Source of the DNA: Antedon mediterranea
Taxonomy: Eukaryota > Animalia > Echinodermata
NCBI RefSeq assembly: GCF_964355755.1
Contig: NC_092676.1
Coordinates: 9,339,888-9,403,887 of the forward strand
Length of the DNA stretch: 64,000 nt
Reading direction: 5' to 3'
In this document: piece by piece, positions 54,119 to 64,000 of the stretch
Layout of the letters: each line of letters starts with the position of its first letter
Position numbering within the stretch: position 1 is the stretch's first letter
Notes under the pieces: model-generated
The model's database searches: none
What the model saw: the letters and a program-made list of their open reading frames with translations, nothing else
Told to the model about the DNA's origin: nothing
Translations under genes and position numbers: made by a program

Positions 54119-54620
54119 GTTAGTGGCAATTGTGCGTCATCAGTGGGTGGTTATAGGCCCAACTTCGACAAGTAAAATAGGTTCTTATTGGTGCTTAAAA
54201 TATGCACAAATATAAAACCCTTCTATCAATTGAAGTTATCAAATCAATATGAAGTCAGATATTAGATATATCGTTATGATTTTCGTTTCTACTACATTAT
54301 ATATATATAAATATTTCACAAGAAGTTAAAATCATTGGCCATTCTTCTCGGTATAAGGACATTAACAGTTTTGAATAGCAGCAGAGAAATGTACTTTATT
54401 TTATGTGGATTATTATAAATAAAAATGAATATATATATAAGTATATAGCTGTACTAAGCAAAATTTTATGTTGCAAGTAAGAAATCCAGAGATGACGACA
54501 CATTATAGTAGCTATTATAATATTGGAAAGTATAGGCCCATTAACGCGTATTATTTTATCATTTAAACAGTTAATGTCAAGTTGCGGTATGACGTTGGCT
54601 GAATATACTGGTATCATTTA

Positions 54621-54727
54621 GTCATCAAGCTAACCTGATCCATACAAAAAAAATGTCGATCTGTGAAGCTGTAATCCAAGCAAAGAACTCACAGGTTGTT
54701 CAACTTACTCTCGAAGAATTTGAAATT
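54621..54727 (+). pseudogene. ADAMTS pseudogene CUB2 N-half remnant
   Basis: gtcatcaagctaacctgatccatacaaaaa..tgtgaagctgtaatccaagc..gttgttcaacttactctcgaagaatttgaa aligns to 35995-36099. Confidence 0.75.
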
Positions 54728-55156
54728 TCAATAATGGTAAACGACCAAAACATCCAGACCAGAATGTCCTTCTAAAACCGTTTTACCCGAGTCATTATCA
54801 TTCCAAGAACTATCGCCTACACTTCCTAAAAGGGAAGCGAGTTAACCCTCTAGTTCTTTAAGTAGTGGTTAACTGTACTGTTTTAATCATTTTAAGCATA
54901 TTTATGTGGTTGCAAAAAAAGGTGTTTGTCAAACTTGTTGATTTGCATTAATTTCTTATTAAGTTTTACAGAAAACCTGCCTTGTTGTCTTTTTTTTTCT
55001 TTGAATAATTGCACCCTTTAAAAAAATAAAATAACAAGTCAATCAAATAAATATGGTAACAAAATTTGAATTAACATGAAGTTTTTTTTAATAAGATGAT
55101 CAGCCAATCAAAATGTAATGTGGTTGAAAATTTTAAAAAAAATAGTAACTTAAAAC

Positions 55157-55166
55157 CTATATAAAA
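55157..55166 (+). promoter_or_regulatory. TATA box of ADAMTS gene B
   Basis: ctatataaaag ~55 bp upstream of ATG 55220; a similar box (caatataaatg) occurs in the paralogous remnant at 37902; CCAAT at 55104. Confidence 0.55.
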
Positions 55167-55219
55167 GGTTATTATACACATATTTGGCACTGGTTTGCAG
55201 TATTTACGAAGGCAACATC

Positions 55220-55291
55220 ATGGGCCTGATGCGAGCAACGACGGCTCTTGTTCTTATTGCTACTTTTGTCTTGGTAGTGAATAGTTTTAAG
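55220..55291 (+). CDS. ADAMTS B exon 1: signal peptide
   Basis: MGLMRATTALVLIATFVLVVNSFK|gtaagg. Confidence 0.78.
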
Positions 55292-58200
55292 GTAAGGACA
55301 ATTTGATCCATGCTTTGCTATATAATCTTAATTATATGATTAATTAATATATTTATTTTTATTAAAAACCAATAATTTAACAACCTTGATAACCTCAAAA
55401 TAATATTAGATCCTAAAAGATGTTTTTTTTTTTAATTCTTATTTTTATTTCTGTCATCATTATGTGTTGTTTTGTAAATACCTAAACAGATAGATTCTTT
55501 CCATTTTATTGGACGATTGTGCGCCACATAAGTGAACTTATTTATTACGTGTATTTCAAAAGATGATGGTTGCATTTTACATGTGTACTAAATATCCCAC
55601 CACATTTTGTTGCCTTTTCTTTGTTGATTAAAAACTCGCGTTTAACTCGGAAATAAACATAACCCTTTTCTTAATAAGTTTTACTGAAAACCTACCCTTG
55701 CACAACCTTGCACCACCTTTATTCATTCAATCTTTCATACGTATTATATTCACATTTCATTGTCGTACGTTAAATTTCCATTTTATATTTCTTTCGTTAT
55801 TTCCTGATGTTTACACTTTTAACCTCTATATACATAGTGTTTGATTATGCATACAAAAAAACCATAAAAACTTATCCACACTTCATTTTGTACATGATAT
55901 AATACATTTTAAAGTATATTTGTTTTCAATTTAATTTTGATTGAATGGATCATTATTATTCGGAGATAATTTGATTAATTCCCACCCACTCAGACCCTGC
56001 CCTTTGTGGTACGATGCGCATATTTATTGGCGTTTTATTTGTCAGGGCATACGTACGAGTACAAGGCATAGGCTAGGACTAGACTTAACCATGCAATTAA
56101 AAAAAAAACACAAAAAAACTCGGCAATACTCTACGCCTTAATAATACCTGTGACGATATTATATTTCAACACTAGTTATTTCAGTTTCGATCGTACAGAA
56201 TATAACACTGTACGTACCCTTTTTAGACGCGTGGAACGCGACTCTACAGTTCACTATCGGTCGGTCGGTTGGTCGGTAAACACTAACTTTTATATGGCTT
56301 TGTCGTGATATCACTTTCAGCTAAGTCAATTTCACAGTATGTTCCTTATGTTTTCACGGTGCGCAATCAAAAATTACGCGCTCTACGCACGATTTAACGA
56401 AATCAGGTTTGTAATCAGATCTTCCCCAGCATGAATCACAATTAAATAAAATTTGGTACTCGGGGCAAAAATGATTATATGGCAATACAATTACGTACGT
56501 AGCGCATGTAAAGCATGCGTACACGCGTTTAACATTTTCAAAATTTATTTTCAATGAAATAAGAGTACGTTTCAGGAAATGTTAAGCGTTTAAAAGATTT
56601 TTGCACGCGCACTGCACGGTAAATGTTAATATGCACTATGTTTGCCCGATTTCTGTTTTAAAACTTTTCTTTAATATTATCATCATATTTGCTTCACTTT
56701 TTAACTCGAAAATACGTTATACAAGTGACAGGTGAAAATATGCTAAATTTTAAAATTAATATAGATCAGAATGTACGGGAACACCTATTTTGCATTTCAT
56801 TTTCTTAAAGTTTATCATATGTATGATTTATTATGAAATTAAGAGAACAAAAGGTGCATATGAAATTTAAAAAAAATAATTTCGACAAACAAATTATGAC
56901 ATTAACTTTCTTCCTTAAAATGTTCATATATTAAATTTAATAGTATAATTTATAGTTTGACAGTGCATAATTTATTTATATTTTTAAAGATTTCATCATA
57001 GTACAAAGTTATAATTCATTGCGGTAAGGTAAAGGTGAGTCCCGTGTTCTCTGAACGTAGGGGAATGAGCTGTTATGAGCTCATTGTACTAAGCCTCGGC
57101 ATTATGTGGTAGGGTGGCCAGTTCCTTTCCACGCCGCCTTTTTTCTCCCTAGTATTTTCAACCAGGTACTCATTTACAGCTGAGTGGACTGAGAGTTGTC
57201 GGGAATTGAACCCGGGTCTATCTGTATGACAATCAAGTGTCCTAACCACTCGGCTATCAGACTCCATTGCGGTATGTAATAATATATCTACACCAAAGTG
57301 GTTACTGCATAGTAAATACACTTTTAGTCAGTTGTGTATGGCTCGGTGGTACCGAGATCGAGTCTCACCTTGGGAAACTAAACGAAATAAGAAGCTTAGA
57401 GACATAACAGCTTCCTCCATATGTGTGCTGTTTCCAGGATAACTGACATCTGAGCTCTTCACTTTTCATGCCATTTTTTGTTGCACTCTACAGCTCACAA
57501 TGTCGGTCGGTTGGTCGGTCGGTCGGTCGGTAAACACTAACTTGAGCACGCAACTGCAGCCATCTACATGGCCTTGTTTTAAACCAAATGACGCACGTTT
57601 GATTATTGGTAGATTCGAAATATTTACATACCACCCGCACCATATAGCCAAATACGATATAATAACCTACGTCATTCTTATCGGATGTTTCCGGTCTGCA
57701 AAGCGACAATTATCAGAGACAAAATCAAAGTAAAAAAATAAATAAAAAAGATAATATATACACACTTTGGACAAGTCTAACGAGCTTTAAGTATATTTTA
57801 TAAGCAATTCATTTACATATTTGAGTGCATTAATATTCTTAAAGTTATATTCTATTGAATACAAGTTACAGTAATTGGATACATTTCCATTTCCCCTGGG
57901 TCCGGGCTTAGTTACCGTTTTCCCAGTCATAGAGCTAATGTCATGTTGTTTATTTTAGGAATGATAGCTTTTGGTATGTCTGTGACACTTTTGATAACCT
58001 AAGTGTTTTAATTACAGTATTTCTATTTTTCAAAGGACGAAAAATTTCTTTTATCCTAGGTGTTTTCTTCTCTAGATTCTCAATTTGTTCATACCATTTT
58101 TTAGCATTATAACCATTCTTATCCTAACCAATATAAATACCAATAATCTTAACAGGGTCTTGGTTGAATGTTATGTTGCACGGGTTACTCGTTTTTGTCT

Positions 58201-61200
58201 TTTATCACAACCTATCCACGTTTCATTTGTCTTGATTTATTTAGCTTCAGACCTGACATTTTACAATTTATTATTTTTTAAAATTTTTTAATCTCATTTT
58301 ACGCTTTCTCCTGGGTAATATATTGGTCCATCTTCATATAGTGATGCTCTGCTGTTTTATTAATACCTAGGTCTGTCGCTAATTTACTTTACAGATTGAG
58401 GATCTAACCAAAGATGAACTATTTCACTATTTTGGAACAATGGAACATTCTCAAGGTACTGCTGTTATTCTTTTGTATCAAATACTCTTGAATGTGTTGA
58501 TAGGCCTACATTTTATATTTTCTTGTATTGTCTGGAGTTGAAGAGACACGCCCTTTGGCAATAGTTGTCTTTAACGACTCTTGTCTCTCCTCAGTCTAAT
58601 AAATAAATAAATAATAATTCTTTTACCAGTTATTATTACCACTTATTTCCTAAGTTTCTGGATATGACATTACATCTATAACTCGACGTGATACGGGAAT
58701 CAACAAACGATCAGTTGAAGCCACCGCTACTTATTCTTTCAACGCACTCGGAGAAAACTTCCATCTCAATTTACAGTTGAATTTAAGTAAGTAAGGGCAG
58801 AGTCCTGGTATAATTTTACTGTAATTATTTTCACAAGTATACTGTGTTACCTTTTAACAATTACTATTAAAAATTATTATGCTGCTGCTAATCATACAAT
58901 TAGAGGTAGTTAATTCTATTAATCGTTGATGTCCGAAACATCCTAGTTATAGGCGATAGCAACACAGTTAACCGCAACCAGACAAAAATATAATCGAGTC
59001 TACAAATGTTTAATGTGGTGATTAAATAAACATTGACTTTCAAAGTTTCCTTTTTAATGCAATACAATGTTTTAATTTTTTCAGATTTATTTTCGAGCGA
59101 CTTTGTAATTGAGATAATTGGCGCCAATGGAAGCACACTACAAAAACCTAAAAACGCAGACTGTTACTATGTTGGATCGTCTGCAAACCATAATGATTCA
59201 CTTGCTGCCGTCAGCACATGTAATGGATTGGTACGTTAATAAATGGCTACTGAACTGAATAAATGATTTATAATAGTTGAGTATAGTTCAGAATAAATAA
59301 TGTTAACTATTAAAATATCATTATACAAATATATACCTACAATCTTACTGATGTATAAAGGTACAGTATAATAGTAGCATGGTATATTATTTCAATATTC
59401 AAGTGCAACAACTAATTAACTATAAAAAACGTAATTAAAGCTTAGATCGTCGTTTAAACGTTGTATTTGACAAATACGTTTTTTTGTATATACCACAAAT
59501 TACAGGGAGAAAATGAAACGGATCCCAAAGATACTGCGTATATGCCATCGTAGCGGTGTAGCATCAATGTTGTTTTTGTTATTACAGTATTTACTATTAT
59601 TACTGATGACTGATGAATTAACAAGCAGCTTGTTTTCAACTTAACAAGTAAATTTTATTGTCTGCTTTAGGAAGGAATGGTGAATACGGCTGAGAAGAGT
59701 TATTTCATCAAGCCACTTAGACCAAAACATCAACGAAAAAGGAGCGCCGATACGCAAGACGAGACGACGCACGTGGTGTTCACACGTCACGTCCCAAAAC
59801 AGACATGTGGTGTGACGAAACAAGATGAGGAAGAAACGCTACAAAGGACAACTAGATACAAGAGGAAAACAATAGAGAGAGTAACCAGAGACTTATACAG
59901 CAGTAATCTAATTTTGTATTTATTATTTATTTTCTTATCACTTTCTCTTTAGGGATAGGTGCACTTATTCCCTTAGTATGAACGCCATGCTAGTGTTCTC
60001 TGGAAGTCACCAGTTCAAATCCAACCGTGTTCTTGTTTTTAAAATAATTTAATAAATGCTATTTTGTATTTTGTACAGCTGCACAGCGTGTAACCGGAAC
60101 AAAGAATCTTGAAGTATTACTGACAGCTGATTATACAATGTTTAGACAATATGGAGAAGATGAGCTGAAAGAATATCTTATAGTTATTATGAATGTTGTA
60201 AGTATATGATAACAAATGACGTGTTTGTCAGACAATTACCAAAATGGGACCAATGTCAGATCGATTTTATTCTAATTTAATGACGCAATGTAAAGATGTG
60301 CAACCGATAACCATTTTGGTGTTTTGAATATTATTCTTATAACGCTTTTATTAGAATTTAAATGTAAAGAAGTGTAACGGCTTCAGAAAATGTGGACAAC
60401 TGCTTTATTAAACAGGTCTGCAATTTTGTTTTCATGTAGACGGTAATCAATGTTATTTCATCGTCTAAGGATCCAAACGGAAATAATCCGTTCGGACGAA
60501 TTGTTAATTCGTTGGAACGGATTGCGTTCGAGGAGCATTTGCTTGAGGTGGCATTAATGGGCTTTCGTAGATTACCGCATGCTTTGGTTTATCAGGGTCT
60601 TTTAGCTTTTTAAAGAATTTTAACGGCTTTTTAATGATCTGATTTACTGTGTTCTTGTATTATTATATTATATTGTTGTTAGAGTCTTTAAAATTTTTAC
60701 TTTGTACGTTGTTTGCAGAATTATTCAGCCGTTGGCTGCCTTCTGTTTGTTATTTATGTGTTTTTCTATGAATAAATACCTATATACTTATTATAAGTTA
60801 ACCTTTTTTTGCTATTCTGAAAAATCTTGTATACATGTATTTATTTGTAATGTCAGTAATTTATATTATCAATTTTTATGTATTTTTTATAATGATTTTC
60901 ATAATGAATTCAAATCAAATCATGAAGGCCTATCAAACTAAGAATTTTGAATTTCGCTACCGATTCAATGCGGTCAATGTACTGTTACTGTATGTCTGAG
61001 GCAGGAAATCATGACAAATTTATGAGATTAATTATGGCTTTTTAGAATAGGCCTATTTTTTAAAAATGAAATGATTTATGATATGATATATGATGATGAT
61101 ATATTCTAACATATTATAAATCATCTGCTTATTTTGTTTTTTAAAATTATTAATATCTTGTTCGATATTGTAATTTATTCTAAATTATATAAAATACTAC

Positions 61201-62204
61201 TGTGTGTTCTTAAATTCAGGTGGCGTCAATATTTAAACAAAACAGCCTGGGTGTTGACATGACAGTAACGTTTATCAAGTTGGTCATCATTAAACAAGAA
61301 AGTGTAAGTAAAAATAAACGTCCTTATACAATTGAAATAGTAGTAATTCGGTTACTATAACGTATAACGTATTGTCCCCGAAAAACAAGAAAAATTAAGA
61401 TTAATAAAATCAGGCCATTTTGTAGCTTTAATAAAGTTAATCACTTCTGCAGAAAAAAAAAGAAAAAAATGTTTTCACTTATAAAATGACAAAACAAACG
61501 GTTAAATTCAACTAAAAACCAATTTGACTACTTTTTGCTTAAAATTAATTTTTTTTCAGGTAAACATTTTTTTTTCCATTTAATTTTTGGTCAAAGTTAA
61601 TAACTATGATGAGAACATTAAAATGACATAGTTTTTAAATATTTTAGATATTTTATACTATTTGAAATCTTTAAAAACTACCAAGACAGATTTAATTCCA
61701 CAAATAACAACTTAAGTTAATGTTTATCTTGTTTTGTCTTCTCGTTCACAAATAGCATTGTTTTTTGTTCACATTTTAAACGAAACTCTTCAGTTTCGAA
61801 TTTTGATTTTCAACGGTAGGTTAGTAAAAAATTTCTAAATATTGTGTGGTCCATACAGATTAAAAAAATATTTAAAAAAAATGATAAACATACTTATACA
61901 TAAGGATAACATAATTCAGAATGGTTTTCAATATAATCCTGTTTAAAACTATAACACCTTAACTAAAAAGGAGACGCTAAACTATAGAACAATGAGGGTC
62001 AACACACAAATGTTTTTTGGATCGAAAAAACCCTAAATTATTTAGAATACACAAGATTTATTAACTGTTATAGTATGGACCTAATTTGGTAGCAGACGAA
62101 AATGGATTAGAAGCCGGAGGTGCCATAAAACAATTTTCCGAATGGCAACTTAATGAAGAACAACACAAATTATTTAACCCGGATCTTGCTGTAATTGTTA
62201 CAAG
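55220..62204 (+). CDS. ADAMTS-family metalloprotease gene B (first 8 exons; continues beyond window)
   Basis: Exons 55220-55291, 58395-58455, 58655-58786, 59085-59230, 59671-59902, 60079-60197, 61220-61303, 62074-62204 splice in phase. They give a signal peptide, an M12B prodomain (ALGENFHLNLQLN, CYYVG, AAVSTCNGLEG, YFIKPL, TCGV), furin sites RKR/RYKR, and the catalytic start (LEVLLTADYTM, YLIVIMNVVASIF, KLVII, FSEWQ, DLAVIVTR). Confidence 0.9.
56225..57576 (+). mobile_element. HINE-like element, same family as 14784-15604, opposite orientation
   Basis: tttt|agacgcgtggaacgcgactctacagttcactat(cggt)n ... ggcCTTG|tttt; internal 56350-56720 is the reverse complement of ~14990-15370. Confidence 0.78.
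57027..57264 (-). mobile_element. tRNA-headed Nin/Deu-domain SINE with 10-bp TSD
   Basis: Minus strand: tagccgagtgg (A box), gggttcaattccc (B box), gtccactcagctgtaaatgagtacc (Nin-like core), ctttacctt tail; TSD CATTGCGGTA (57017-57026, 57265-57274). Confidence 0.82.
57960..58345 (-). mobile_element. Degraded L1/Tx1-like RT fragment
   Basis: Frameshifted minus-strand motifs SGLKLNKS, WIG, VKIIGIYIG, TVIKTL.LSKV. Confidence 0.5.
58395..58455 (+). CDS. ADAMTS B exon: prodomain
   Basis: IEDLTKDELFHYFGTMEHSQ. Confidence 0.78.
58655..58786 (+). CDS. ADAMTS B exon: prodomain
   Basis: YDITSI...KRSV...YSFNALGENFHLNLQLN. Confidence 0.88.
59085..59230 (+). CDS. ADAMTS B exon: prodomain
   Basis: LFSSDFVIE...DCYYVG...AAVSTCNGL. 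Confidence 0.9.
59671..59902 (+). CDS. ADAMTS B exon: prodomain end and furin site
   Basis: EGMV...YFIKPL...HVVF...TCGV...RYKR; donor position less certain. Confidence 0.85.
60079..60197 (+). CDS. ADAMTS B exon: catalytic domain start
   Basis: KNLEVLLTADYTMFRQYGEDELKEYLIVIMNV. Confidence 0.9.
61220..61303 (+). CDS. ADAMTS B exon: catalytic domain
   Basis: VASIFKQNSLGVDMTVTFIKLVIIKQES. Confidence 0.88.
62074..62204 (+). CDS. ADAMTS B exon: catalytic domain
   Basis: YGPNL...AIKQFSEWQ...PDLAVIVTR. Confidence 0.88.
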
Positions 62205-63404
62205 GTAGTATATTCTACGATTTATTATTCTTGTAATTGTGGTCACATGACGGCCCTACTAGTACTACTAGTTTGACAGGGGCTAGACCTAGCTAGGTTA
62301 ACAGCAGGGCTAGACCATTACCATGCTTTTGAGTTTTCCATTTTTAGAAATATCCAAAACTGCGGGCCTTGACAAATTTCTGATTGACAAAATAAGAAAA
62401 ATAGGCCACTTTGCATGTTTTGACACATTATGCTTAAAACCGAATATCAACAGCTTTGGGTGGGTCTCCGATTAAAGCCGGCTTTATCAGATAGACGGTC
62501 TTATTAAATCCACCCCTGTTAGACCATTGCTATAAAACAGTCTTAGCTAAGACTGCGTACAGCAAACAAAATTAAATTAGGGCGTACTTTCCGCGTAGAA
62601 TACCAAATAAGGTAATGTTCGTCACGCTTGCTAAATTCACAATCTACGCGAGAAAATCTATTCTAGGCCTTATAAGTATAAGATCACCGTTATTATTTGA
62701 TGTAACACTTAAAAGTCGTTCGATTGGTTGTCTTTCACGATCAATAATACGTATAATCAACAAAAAGAGAGGTTTAAGACTGTTTTAGATCCTTCGGGTA
62801 GGCTTACAGGTTAGGCCGCGGTATAGCAATAGTCTATAATAAAGACTACTTGCTAAGTCAGGAATTATAGCTGGCTAAGCGCTAAGACCGTTTATAGACC
62901 GCATAGCAATCCGCCCCTGGTATCTATTAGCAAAATAAATCAATAAATAAATACCAACCGACCCTGTTTGTCAATCTTTACAATACGAAACAGAAATGAA
63001 CATTGTTGGGTTAAACAAGTCAACTACAGTATTTGCTTTTTTACACTGGCTATTGTTACATCTGGTACGATCAGAAAGTAATATAGGCCTAAGTGTATTA
63101 ATGATTTTAAACTTCGTGATTTAAAAAAACAAACATATGTTGAGCAGTTTAAATCCCATTCAAAATTAAAGTATTTTCAATTATTATTAATTAATCATTT
63201 ATTAAATACACCCTATTAGTCTACAGATAGGAAACGTAAAAGAGTTACAAACAAAATTTCGTTTAGGCGTTCTAGATAGAAAAGGATAGATAGAACAAAG
63301 CTCAACACCAATAACGTTTTTTTAAAGTTTGTAATTGAAGTTTTAATAGAAGATGAAATTCATTTATGTGTCCTTTCTATAGAAATATCAGAGCCAAAGT
63401 TTAA

Positions 63405-64000
63405 TGTTTTATTTATTTTATTTTATTTCAACCACATCCAACAGTAAAAAATCGCCAATAATTACAGTTTACCTTAAAACTCTTTAGATACAAATATAGA
63501 ATTAAAAGCACATTAAAAAACAAAACATGAAACATACAAAATGGCAAACTTAAATCGATTTAAGAACTTTAGACTTAAATATGGACAAAGTGTCAAAAAA
63601 ATATCGATAGTCTTATCTTTAATAGAAATTGAATTAAAAAGCTTGGATAATATTTGAACAAAACCATTTTTGGTATCGTTGACTCGACAACGGGCAAGGG
63701 AAAATAATTCGGTGTTGCGAGAGTTTAGTCGATTAATTTTGAGAGAAAAAAATGATAAAATATTACATTTAAAAAGGGAGTTGAGGCATTTAAAAAGAAA
63801 TACCAAATCGAAAAAGCTTCTCCGAGTATGAAGTGAGGGAAGATGAATTAAAAGACCAGTATTCTTGTGGTTAATAAAGTAAATAAATTTGGATTGAACC
63901 CGTTCGATATTAATACGATTTGATTGGGAGATCGAAATAGAATTGTAAATTGTTGATGAAAAAATAGGTCGGACAAGAGAGATATAAAGTTTTAGTTTAG
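63405..64000 (-). mobile_element. CR1/Jockey-group LINE 3' end (runs off window)
   Basis: PSLHTRRSFFDLVFLFKCLN...RCRVN..KN C-terminal ORF2 motifs; tail ctgtaattattggc..ctgttggatg..(aaata)n. Confidence 0.65.

Noticed and set aside
56185-56209. Extra micro-exon of gene B
   Set aside because: AG/GT-bounded, but has an in-frame TAA in the required phase and a length that breaks the frame.
62278-62919. Possible CAGGGG-terminated MITE(s)
   Set aside because: Several candidate ends but no convincing TIR pair or TSD could be fixed by eye.

Overview
AT-rich animal genomic DNA; a marine invertebrate origin is inferred from the gene and TE content, and the taxon cannot be fixed from the sequence. The backbone is a + strand tandem array of ADAMTS metalloprotease genes. 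Gene A contributes its 3' 16 exons (76-36559; end of metalloprotease, disintegrin-like, TSP1, Cys-rich, spacer, 2 TSP1, 2 CUB), and all splice phases join consistently. A decayed middle paralog survives as fragments (37893-54727). Gene B contributes its first 8 exons (55220-62204; signal peptide, prodomain, start of the catalytic domain). The rest is mostly transposons. A 19.4-kb intron (13802-33154) holds a CR1/L2-group LINE. Inserted into it are a HINE, a 5S+tRNA chimeric SINE, a full-length 8.4-kb Helentron (OTU-ZnF-HUH Rep-PIF1-APE polyprotein, terminal direct repeats, internal tRNA-Val cassette) and a Rex1/Babar LINE, which itself carries a Harbinger element and an RTE. Other elements: tandem Helitrons, Kolobok-like, Mutator-like and Academ-like non-autonomous elements, a 30-bp minisatellite with higher-order duplication, a kinase pseudogene split by a foldback element, a near-complete Penelope element with candidate variant hammerhead motifs, and several SINEs. 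All coordinates and identities were read by eye; no searches were run.
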